From assembly GCA_039586795.1 (NCBI GenBank), contig JBDHJS010000059.1:1-15490 (forward strand): a DNA stretch of 15,490 bases, given 5' to 3'. A program made the translations under genes and the position numbers. Each line of letters opens with the position of its first letter. Positions within the stretch are counted from its first letter, which is position 1. Below the pieces are notes generated by a model. The model searched no databases, was not told the DNA's origin, and was given only the letters and a program-made list of their open reading frames with translations. Source of the stretch: Gemmatimonadota bacterium. Its GTDB lineage: Bacteria > Gemmatimonadota > Gemmatimonadetes > Palauibacterales > KS3-K002. Of this stretch, positions 7,183 through 15,490 are shown in pieces.

Positions 7183-7530
7183 ATGAGTGAAGATTGCCTT
7201 TTCTGTAAGATCGCGAGCGGTGAAATCCCCGCCGACACCATCGCCGAGGCCGACGATTGGATCGCGTTTCGCGACATCAATCCCCAGGCGCCGACCCACG
7301 TGCTCATCATCCCGCGCCAGCATATCCCAACCCTCAACGATGTGGGGCGCGAACAAGCGGGAATTCTCGGACGGCTGTTTCTAGCCGCGAAAGAGATCGC
7401 GGAAGATGAGGGGATCGATGAGGACGGCTACCGGACGGTCCTGAACTGCAACGCCGACGCCGGTCAGTCGGTCTTCCACATTCACGTCCACCTGCTGGGT
7501 GGCCGGGCGATGGAGTGGCCGCCGGGCTGA
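7183..7530 (+). CDS. hinT: Histidine triad (HIT) nucleotide-binding protein, HinT-like
   Basis: DCLFCKIASGEIP, AFRDINPQAPTHVLIIP, GQSVFHIHVHLLGGR and C-terminal WPPG. AGGA upstream of the ATG. Confidence 0.95.
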   Translation: MSEDCLFCKIASGEIPADTIAEADDWIAFRDINPQAPTHVLIIPRQHIPTLNDVGREQAGILGRLFLAAKEIAEDEGIDEDGYRTVLNCNADAGQSVFHIHVHLLGGRAMEWPPG

Positions 7531-7532
7531 CA

Positions 7533-7562
7533 TTGACGACTGCCACAGCAGTCGATTACTAT
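7533..7562 (+). promoter_or_regulatory. Putative sigma70-like promoter with an inverted repeat in the spacer
   Basis: TTGACG (7533-7538), 18-nt spacer, TACTAT (7557-7562). Inverted repeat CGACTGC-caca-GCAGTCG at 7537-7554. Confidence 0.55.
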
Positions 7563-7617
7563 GAAAGGCTACGGCACCACCGGACAATGAAACAGCAGCG
7601 AGCTTTGCGGCCCTGGA

Positions 7618-8064
7618 ATGGCTGATTTGAAAGCGACCCTTCGGAATGATATGAACGAGGCGCGCCGCGGCGGCGAAAAGACCCGCGCGCGGCTTCTCGG
7701 CACCATCCTGTCGGACATCCGAAACAAGGAGATCGCGGTAGGTCACGAGCTCGAAGACCCCGAGGTCCTCGACGTGCTGGCCAAGGCCGTCAAGCTGCGT
7801 AACGAGGCCGCCGAATCGATGGCCGCCCGACCCGAGAAAGCCGAGGTCGAGCGTGCCGAGGCGGAGACGCTCAAGGCCTACATGCCGGAGCCGATCGGCG
7901 AAGATGAGATCCGGCAGGTCGTTCTCGAGGCCGTCGAGGGTGGGGCAGGCGACATCGGCGCGGTCATGAAGGCCGTGATGCCCAAGCTGAAAGGGCGGGC
8001 CGATGGAAAGGAGATCAACCGCATCGCCCGCGAGGCCATCGCAGGAGGTGGATCGGGTGACTGA
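7618..8064 (+). CDS. GatB/YqeY domain-containing protein
   Basis: LKATLRNDMNEARR, IRNKEI, EAETLKAYMPE and DIGAVMKAVMPKLKGRADGKEIN; 148 aa is typical of YqeY. Confidence 0.93.
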   Translation: MADLKATLRNDMNEARRGGEKTRARLLGTILSDIRNKEIAVGHELEDPEVLDVLAKAVKLRNEAAESMAARPEKAEVERAEAETLKAYMPEPIGEDEIRQVVLEAVEGGAGDIGAVMKAVMPKLKGRADGKEINRIAREAIAGGGSGD

Positions 8065-8105
8065 TCGGGTCTTGCTCCGAATCGGCAACGACCTGAACGT
8101 GTTTC

Positions 8106-8155
8106 GAACACGGGGGCGTCGGTGAGCACCACACCGGCGCCCCCGGTTCCTTTTT
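8106..8155 (+). terminator. Intrinsic terminator / attenuator-like hairpin between yqeY and mutS2
   Basis: 14-bp stem 8111-8124 with 8132-8145 (one G-U), extendable by GAAC (8106-8109) with GTTC (8146-8149), followed by CTTTTT. Confidence 0.7.
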
Positions 8156-8177
8156 AGAGGCAGGGCTCGGACCGGCA

Positions 8178-10511
8178 ATGAACGAACATGCCCTCTCCGC
8201 ACTCGAGTTCGACCGCGTGCTCGACATCGTCGCCGGCTTCGCCACCAGCGAGCCCGGCGCCGATGCTGTGCGCGCCCTCGAGCCGGATCCGGCCCAGACC
8301 GCCGTCGCCGACGCCCTCGACCGCGTCGACGAGATGGTGAGCTGGCTGATCCGCGACGAGGGGTGGGCGCCGCCGCTGATCCCCGACATCCGCTCTGGCC
8401 TCGATCTCCTCGCCCTCGAGGGGACCGTTTGGTCTGAGAGCCAGCTCGCTGGCGCGCTTCGCCTGCTGGGATCGGCCCGGACCGTGCGCAATAGCTTTGT
8501 GCCACAGGCGTCGGAGTTCCCGCGCCTCGGCTTCATCGCCGACGGCCTGCTCAAGGACGAAGCGCTGCGCAAGCAGATTGCCGATGCGATCGATGAAGAG
8601 AACGAGACGCTCAAAGACAGCGCTTCTGTCGAGCTCAAGCGTGTCCGCCGCTCGATCATCTCGGCGCGGACCGATCTGGTGCGTGCTCTGGAAGCCATCG
8701 TCGCCAAGCTGCCCGACCGCTTCGTCGTTCCCGATGCATCCGTAACCGTCCGTGCGGGGCGCTACTGCATCCCGATCCGTAGAGAAGGCCGTTCAGAGGT
8801 CGGCGGCATCGTGCACGACGAGTCCGCCAGCCGCGCCACGCTCTTCGTCGAGCCGCCCGCCGCCATCGAGCCGATGAACCGGCTCCGCGAGCTCCACATG
8901 TCGGAGCAGCGTGAAGTCGAACGCATTCTCCGCGAGCTAACCGACGAGCTGCGCCCGCGCGCCGCGGAGCTCGCCGACTCGTTCGATCGTCTGGTCACCG
9001 TCGATTCGCTCTTTGCCCGCGCCAGGTACGCACTGGCCCGCGGCTGCACGCGCCCGCAGTTGGTTGATAGGGAGAACGATGGTTACCGGGTCGTCCACGG
9101 CCGACATCCGCTCCTCCTAGAATCACCGGAGCCGCTCGTGCCGTTCGATCTGTTGATGAACCCGGGCGAGCACACGCTGCTGGTCACCGGCCCGAACGCT
9201 GGCGGCAAGAGCGTGCTCATCAAGGCGGTGGGACTCATCTCGGCCATGGCGCAGGCCGGCGTTCTGCCGCCCGTCGGGCCCGGCTCGCAGATCCCGGTGT
9301 TCACCGGGATCTTCGCCGATATCGGCGACGAGCAGAGCATCGATGCTTCGCTCTCTACCTTCACGGCCCATCTGCGCAACATGCAGGAAGTGCTGGACGA
9401 GGCCGACACGAACTCGCTCTGCCTGATCGACGAGATCGGCGGCGCCACCGATCCCGTCGAGGGCGCCGCCCTCGCCCGGGCCGTACTCACCGAGCTCGCC
9501 GACCGGGGATGCATGACCCTGGCGACCAGCCACCTGGGCGAGCTGAACACGCTGCCGTCCGAATACCCCGGCATCGTCAGCGCCGGTCTCGCTTTCGATG
9601 CGGAGCGCCTACAGCCGCTCTACCGCCTCATCAAGGGCCGGCCCGGTCGCAGCTACGCCCTGGCCATGGCCGAGCGCGTCGGATTTCCGAAGGGCGTGAT
9701 CGAGACGGCCAAGTCATCGATCAGCCAGGAACGCCTCGATACCGCTCAGCTCCTCGCCGACCTCGAGCAGAAAGAGACCGAGCTGGAGCAGGGGATTGCC
9801 CGAGTCGAGGAGCACGAACGTGAGCTGGCCAGCCGCAGCCAGGCACAAGCGCAGGAGGCGGCTGAACTGGAAGAGCGATCCCGCCGGCTGGAGCGCGAAG
9901 CCCATGAGCGGGCCCGAGAGTTTTTACTCCAGGCCCGCAAACAGCTGGATGAGGCGCTCAAGGCCGATCGTGAGGCCGCTTCGCAAGCGCGCCGCGAGTT
10001 GGAGGCGAGCCTGCGCCAGCACTCACAGGCGCTTCAGGAGGGCAAAGATCGGCCGATCGCTGCGGACGGCGGCAGATTCGAGCCCGGAGACCGGGTCTGG
10101 GTCTCGTCGATGGAGCGGGAGGGAACCGTCGTCGAGATGCGCGGCAAGGACGTGGTCGTCGAGATGGGGAGTATCAAGCTCCAGCTCACGACCGCCGTGC
10201 TCAGCAAACGCGGGGAGCCCAAGAAGCAGGTGAAGGAAGTAGGGATCTACGGTGGCGACGAGCCCCACGCCAGGCACGAAGTCGACCTGCGTGGCATGGT
10301 GGCCGAAGACGCGCGCATGGAGCTGATTCGTGCCCTCGATGCCGCGGTGTTGGCGGGACTTGGCGAGCTGCGCGTGATCCACGGCAAGGGAACCGGCGTA
10401 CTTCGAGAAGCGGTGAATGAGTATGCCAGGACGGACAAACGAGTGAAGTCGCATCGGCTGGGCGCCCACTACGAGGGTGGCAGCGGTGTGACGATACTGG
10501 AGTTGGGTTGA
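8178..10511 (+). CDS. mutS2: Endonuclease MutS2
   Basis: LEFDRVL N-terminus, VHDESASRATLFVEP, Walker A TGPNAGGKS, FADIGDEQSI, Walker B LIDEIGGATDPVEGAALA, PGRSYAL, a coiled coil, and a C-terminal Smr domain (EVDLRG...VIHGKGTGVLR...GGSGVT). Confidence 0.97.
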   Translation: MNEHALSALEFDRVLDIVAGFATSEPGADAVRALEPDPAQTAVADALDRVDEMVSWLIRDEGWAPPLIPDIRSGLDLLALEGTVWSESQLAGALRLLGSARTVRNSFVPQASEFPRLGFIADGLLKDEALRKQIADAIDEENETLKDSASVELKRVRRSIISARTDLVRALEAIVAKLPDRFVVPDASVTVRAGRYCIPIRREGRSEVGGIVHDESASRATLFVEPPAAIEPMNRLRELHMSEQREVERILRELTDELRPRAAELADSFDRLVTVDSLFARARYALARGCTRPQLVDRENDGYRVVHGRHPLLLESPEPLVPFDLLMNPGEHTLLVTGPNAGGKSVLIKAVGLISAMAQAGVLPPVGPGSQIPVFTGIFADIGDEQSIDASLSTFTAHLRNMQEVLDEADTNSLCLIDEIGGATDPVEGAALARAVLTELADRGCMTLATSHLGELNTLPSEYPGIVSAGLAFDAERLQPLYRLIKGRPGRSYALAMAERVGFPKGVIETAKSSISQERLDTAQLLADLEQKETELEQGIARVEEHERELASRSQAQAQEAAELEERSRRLEREAHERAREFLLQARKQLDEALKADREAASQARRELEASLRQHSQALQEGKDRPIAADGGRFEPGDRVWVSSMEREGTVVEMRGKDVVVEMGSIKLQLTTAVLSKRGEPKKQVKEVGIYGGDEPHARHEVDLRGMVAEDARMELIRALDAAVLAGLGELRVIHGKGTGVLREAVNEYARTDKRVKSHRLGAHYEGGSGVTILELG

Positions 10512-10524
10512 TTCTGGTCGCCTC

Positions 10525-12333
10525 ATGGTAAGCGACGAACTGCTCGAAGAGATAAGAGGGCAAGCCGATATCGTCCAGATCGTCGGCGAGTACGTCTCGC
10601 TGCGGCGCAGCGGCCGGACCTATCGCGGTCCGTGCCCGTTGCACGGCGGGGAGGGCCCGAACTTCTCGGTCGATCCCGAGCGCGGTCTCTTCAAGTGTTT
10701 CGTATGTGGCGAGGGCGGCGACGTCTTCTCCTTCCCGATGAAGCTCCTGGGTCTCGAGTTCATCGATGCGGTCAAGTTCATCGCCGAGCGTTGCGGCATC
10801 ACCGTACCGGACGTAGACGAGCGGCGCGAGGAGGATCCTTACCGCGATCTGAGAGAAGCGATCGCCCTTGCCGGCGACTGGTTCCAAAAGCAGCTCTGGG
10901 ACCCGAAGACCGGTGAAGCGGCGCGAAAGTACCTGCTCGTGAAACGCGGGCTACCCGAGGAGACCGTCCGGCGTTTCGAGTTCGGCTATGCGCCGGACTC
11001 GTGGCGCGGTCTCCGAGAGCACGCGGCGAAGCACGAGATAGAAGATGATGTGCTGCTTCGCGCCGGTCTCATCAAGACCAGCGAGCGAGCCAAGGAGCCG
11101 TTCGATCTGTTTCGCAATCGCCTGATGATCCCGATCTACAACCTGCGCGGAAAACCGATCGGGTTCGGCGGCCGATTGCTGGGCGATGCGGAAGATGCGC
11201 CGAAGTATATCAACTCGCCGGACACACCGATCTTCCACAAAGGGAGGATCGTCTACGGTCTCAACTGGAGCCGCAACACCATCCGTCGCGAAGAAGTCGT
11301 GCTGGTGGTCGAGGGCTTCATGGACCTCGTATCGCTAATGAACGCCGGCGTTGAGAACGTCGTCGCACCCCTCGGAACCGCGCTCACCGATCACCAGGCG
11401 CGGCTGCTGGGTCGCTACGCTAAGAAGGCGCTGCTGCTCTATGACAGCGATCGTGCGGGTCTTGTCGCCACGTTCAAGGCGGCGGACGAACTGCTCCGCG
11501 CCGGCGTGCACCCCAGCGTCGCCACGCTGCCCCGGGGTGAGGACCCCGATTCCATCGTCCGCAAGGGCGGCGGCGACGCGCTGAAGGAATACACCGACGC
11601 CGCCATCGATGTGCTCGACCGCAAGATCCAGATTCTCGAGAAACGAGGGTACCTCGACACTACGGAAGGGAAGCGAAGGGCGGTCGACGGGTTGCTGCTC
11701 ACCGCTCGCGCCGCGTCGGACGAGGCGCTGCGCGACATCTATCTCGATCGCGTGGCCGAGGTCACCGGCGTACGCCGTGGCACTTTGGAGCGCGAGATAC
11801 AGCGCACCGCGGAGCCCCCTCGACGTCGCCGACCGCCACCAGAGAAGGAAGCCGAACCCGTGCCCGTCGAGGTTCCCAAGCTGGGCCCGGAGCGAAAGCT
11901 CCTACTGCTTCTGGTTCGGGATCGGGCGTTGCTCCCCGGCGTGGCTAAGGAGGTCGAGCCCGAGGTCTTCGACACACCTGTATACCGCGAGATCTACCGC
12001 GCCTTACTCAGCTCGATGGATAAGGGGACTTCGGAACCGGATGCGGACGGCTCGCTGGACTGGGCGGCGGATCTGCCGGGGCCGATCTACGAACGCGTAC
12101 GCGAGCTTGCCGCCGATCCAGAGGAGCTGACCAACCCGGAAGCGGTGCTCGACGATGCCATAGCCCGGCTGCGCGCTCGCGTTCTGGAGAAGCAACTGAA
12201 CGACTTGATGAACGAAGTGTTGGTCGCCGATACCAAGTCGGGCGTCGAGCTGGCATCGGAGATCAAGAAGATTAGACAGGAACTATCAGCGCTGGGCATT
12301 CGCACGCCCGGCCGTGGACTTTTCAGAGGCTAG
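10525..12333 (+). CDS. dnaG: DNA primase
   Basis: CHC2 zinc finger (CPLH...FKCFVC), FRNRLMIPI, GFGGR, PKYINSPDT, and Toprim motifs VVEGFMD, YDSDRAG, GEDPD. Confidence 0.97.
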   Translation: MVSDELLEEIRGQADIVQIVGEYVSLRRSGRTYRGPCPLHGGEGPNFSVDPERGLFKCFVCGEGGDVFSFPMKLLGLEFIDAVKFIAERCGITVPDVDERREEDPYRDLREAIALAGDWFQKQLWDPKTGEAARKYLLVKRGLPEETVRRFEFGYAPDSWRGLREHAAKHEIEDDVLLRAGLIKTSERAKEPFDLFRNRLMIPIYNLRGKPIGFGGRLLGDAEDAPKYINSPDTPIFHKGRIVYGLNWSRNTIRREEVVLVVEGFMDLVSLMNAGVENVVAPLGTALTDHQARLLGRYAKKALLLYDSDRAGLVATFKAADELLRAGVHPSVATLPRGEDPDSIVRKGGGDALKEYTDAAIDVLDRKIQILEKRGYLDTTEGKRRAVDGLLLTARAASDEALRDIYLDRVAEVTGVRRGTLEREIQRTAEPPRRRRPPPEKEAEPVPVEVPKLGPERKLLLLLVRDRALLPGVAKEVEPEVFDTPVYREIYRALLSSMDKGTSEPDADGSLDWAADLPGPIYERVRELAADPEELTNPEAVLDDAIARLRARVLEKQLNDLMNEVLVADTKSGVELASEIKKIRQELSALGIRTPGRGLFRG

Positions 12334-12365
12334 ATGTGGAAACCAACAACAACCGGCCAGGGATC

Positions 12366-13091
12366 ATGACAGCGAACGAGACTTTGTTGCAGCAACTGTT
12401 GGACCTGCACGCGATCGATCAAGAGATCGTCGGCATGGAGAGCGAGATTCGCGAATGCCGCGGCGAGCTGGAGACGATGGAGGACGGCGTGTCCGGAATG
12501 GACTCGGCACTCGAGCGGCTGAATGTGGAGCTCGAGAAGGCTCGGGTGGAAAGCCGCTCCGTCGAGCGAGCGGTGGACGAGAAACGGGACGCGCTGGCCC
12601 GAGTGCGCCAACGCACCGACCAGGTGCAGAACGAGCGACAGTACAGCGCTGCCAGCCTCGAGTTCGATCTCGTACGGCAGGACCTTCGCAAGCTGGAGGA
12701 TAAGGCGCTCGAGAAGATGCAGACTGTGGAGGAGCTCGAGAATCTCCGCAAGGAGAAGCTCGAGGGCCTCGAGGGTGCCCGTGCCGACGCCGGCCCCAGG
12801 GGCGAAGAGCTTCAGGGGCGCATCAAGCAACTGCAAGAGGATCTCGAGGTCAGGCGCGACAAGCGCGACAATGCGGCAATCCGAATCGACGAGCGCGCCC
12901 TCGGCCTCTACGACCGCATACGCGCGGGCCGCTCCCAACTCGCGATGGCGCCGTTGACCGAGGAAGATGTCTGCGGTTACTGTTTCACGGCGGTTACCGC
13001 GATGCAGCGAATGCAGATCAACGGGATGGCGACCCTGGTCTGCTGCGAGGGTTGCGGCGTGATTCTCTACCCGGGCGATCTCGGCGCGTGA
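12366..13091 (+). CDS. Coiled-coil protein with C-terminal C4-type zinc ribbon (DUF164 / CT398 / HP0958-like)
   Basis: LLDLHAIDQEI start, long heptad coiled coil, YDRIR, then CGYC...CEGCGVIL. ATG 12366 is preferred over GTG 12336. Confidence 0.88.
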   Translation: MTANETLLQQLLDLHAIDQEIVGMESEIRECRGELETMEDGVSGMDSALERLNVELEKARVESRSVERAVDEKRDALARVRQRTDQVQNERQYSAASLEFDLVRQDLRKLEDKALEKMQTVEELENLRKEKLEGLEGARADAGPRGEELQGRIKQLQEDLEVRRDKRDNAAIRIDERALGLYDRIRAGRSQLAMAPLTEEDVCGYCFTAVTAMQRMQINGMATLVCCEGCGVILYPGDLGA

Positions 13092-14799
13092 AGCCGATCC
13101 ACAAACTCCCGGAGCTGGCAGATCCGGCCAGCGTCGAGGTGTTAGTCAAAGGCCTCAAAGTCCCGGAGCCCATCGCGGCGGTCCTGGTCGGCCGCGGTTA
13201 CTCCGAGATCGAGACCGCAAAGGCATTCCTTCGCCCCGAGCTGGCCAATCTTCACGATCCTTGGTCGCTGGCCGGCATGGAAGACGCCGTAGCGCGCCTC
13301 TCCAGGGCTATCGACGACGGCGAGCGGATTCTCGTGCACGGCGACTATGATGTGGACGGCGTGTCGGGAACCGCGTTGTTGACCCGCGCTCTCCGTTCGC
13401 TGGGCGCGGTCGTCGAGCCGTTCGTTCCGCATCGCCTGAAGCACGGTTACGACTTCGGGCCCGCTGGCCTGGCGCGCGCCATCGCCGTCGATGCCTCCCT
13501 CGTCCTGACTTGCGATTGTGGAATCGTCTCCCATGAGACGGTGGCCGCAGCAAGCAGCGAGGGGATCGACGTTATTGTCTCCGATCATCACACGCCGCTG
13601 CCAGAGCTGCCGCCGGCCGTCGCGGTGATCAATCCGCAACGCCCCGACTGTAGCTATCCGGAGAAAGTCCTCTGTGGTGCCGGCGTCGCGTTCAAACTGC
13701 TTCAGGCGCTGTACGATCGACGCGGCAAGCCGGTGACCGATCTGTACCGCTACCTCGACCTCGTCGCCATCCCGACCATCGCCGACCTGGTGCCGCTCAC
13801 GGGCGAGAATCGCATCCTGGCGCGCTTCGGACTCAAGGTGCTGGCACGCACGCCGAATCCGGGTCTGCGCGCGCTGCTCAACGTTGCTGGCATCAGAGGC
13901 GACCGCCCGATAAACGCGGGCCAGATCGCGTTCATCATCGGACCGCGCATCAACGCCGTCGGCCGGATGGGCGACTCGATGCGCGGCGTGAAGCTTCTAC
14001 TCACCGATGACGAGACGGAGGCACGTGAGATTGCTGCCGTCGTAGATGAGGAGAACCGCATACGCCAGGAGGTCGACCGAGCGACCCTCGAGGAGGCGAA
14101 CGAGATCCTGGAGGCATCGTTCGACCCGGAACGCGATCGCTCCATCGTCCTCGCCTCTCCAGATTGGCATTCGGGTGTCATCGGTATCGTCGCCTCTCGC
14201 ATCGTCGAGAAGTACTATCGCCCCACCGTGCTCATCGCTCTCGACGGCAACGCGGGCAAGGGATCCGGCCGGTCGATCCCCGGTTTTCACCTTTACGAAG
14301 CGCTCGATAGCTGCAAGTCGCACCTTGAACAGTTCGGCGGTCACCGTTACGCCGCCGGCGTGCAGATTCGCGCCGACAAGATCGACGACTTCCGACGCGC
14401 CCTCGATGACGTGGCGCACGATCGGCTAACCGAAGACGACCTGATACCCCGGCTCCGCATCGATCGCGAGCTACCTATCTCACAGGTCTCGGCCGAACTG
14501 TGGCGTTTCCTCGCCCACTTCGGACCGTACGGCCAGGGAAACCCGAAACCCGTCTTTCTTGCTCGGGACGTCACGCTGCGCGGACCGCCGGAGATCGTCG
14601 GGAGCGATCACCTCCGACTCCGGGTCGAGGTCGGCGATGGGGCGAGCCCCGAGGCCATCGCTTTCGGCCAGGCCGACGAGTCCGAGTGGCTGGACGAGTC
14701 TTCCCGCGTCGACATGGCGTATCAGGTGGGCGTTCGCAGCTGGCAGGGGATTGAGACCGTGCAGGCACAGGTGATCGACCTGCGACCGAGTGAGACGGT

Positions 14800-14821
<22 letters not shown>
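13088..14821 (+). CDS. recJ: Single-stranded-DNA-specific exonuclease RecJ
   Basis: DHH motifs HGDYDVDG, TCDCG, SDHH, TIADLVPL, GPRINAVGR, GSGRS and FGGH. The GTG start at 13088 overlaps the upstream TGA (GTGA). Confidence 0.97.

Positions 14822-15490
<669 letters not shown>

Noticed and set aside
7561..7590. Mini-ORF MKGYGTTGQ between HIT and yqeY
   Set aside because: Nine codons, no SD, and its ATG overlaps the predicted -10 element. It has no resemblance to rpsU.
8095..8109. GAAC-N7-GAAC, matching the alphaproteobacterial LexA box, upstream of mutS2
   Set aside because: Only 8 informative bases, no adjacent promoter, the gene set does not look alphaproteobacterial, and the bases are already explained by hairpin pairing.
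8098..8112. TTCGAA hairpin resembling a tRNA T-arm, or part of a 6S RNA
   Set aside because: No cloverleaf, acceptor stem or CCA, and the 113-nt gap lacks the long rod with central bubble expected of 6S RNA.
7381..8505. 374-aa Arg-rich minus-strand ORF
   Set aside because: It overlaps three well-supported plus-strand genes and has the composition of a GC-rich off-frame ORF. The same applies to the other overlapping ORFs in the track.

Overview
High-GC bacterial DNA from a diderm (it encodes an outer-membrane barrel). Gemmatimonadota is plausible from gene order and protein style but is unverified. The left part (1-5760) is accessory-like: the 3' end of a LolD/FtsE-type ABC ATPase converges on a minus-strand cassette of tetR, a fused MMPL/RND transporter plus LolA-like periplasmic carrier, and an outer-membrane beta-barrel. 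The cassette has two matching palindromic operators, a sigma70-like tetR promoter and a tetR terminator. The right part (5996-15490) is a plus-strand housekeeping block: dnaJ (frameshifted by an exact 8-bp tandem duplication), HIT hydrolase, GatB/YqeY protein, mutS2, dnaG, C4 zinc-ribbon coiled-coil protein, recJ, rsmD and the start of coaD. The most notable points are: (1) the MMPL::LolA-like fusion keeps an internal AGGAGG+ATG and a cleavable-looking signal peptide; (2) the TetR operator can be read from the sequence; (3) the dnaJ duplication; (4) an attenuator-like three-hairpin element upstream of mutS2-dnaG; (5) a branched structure in the tetR/dnaJ divergent gap.
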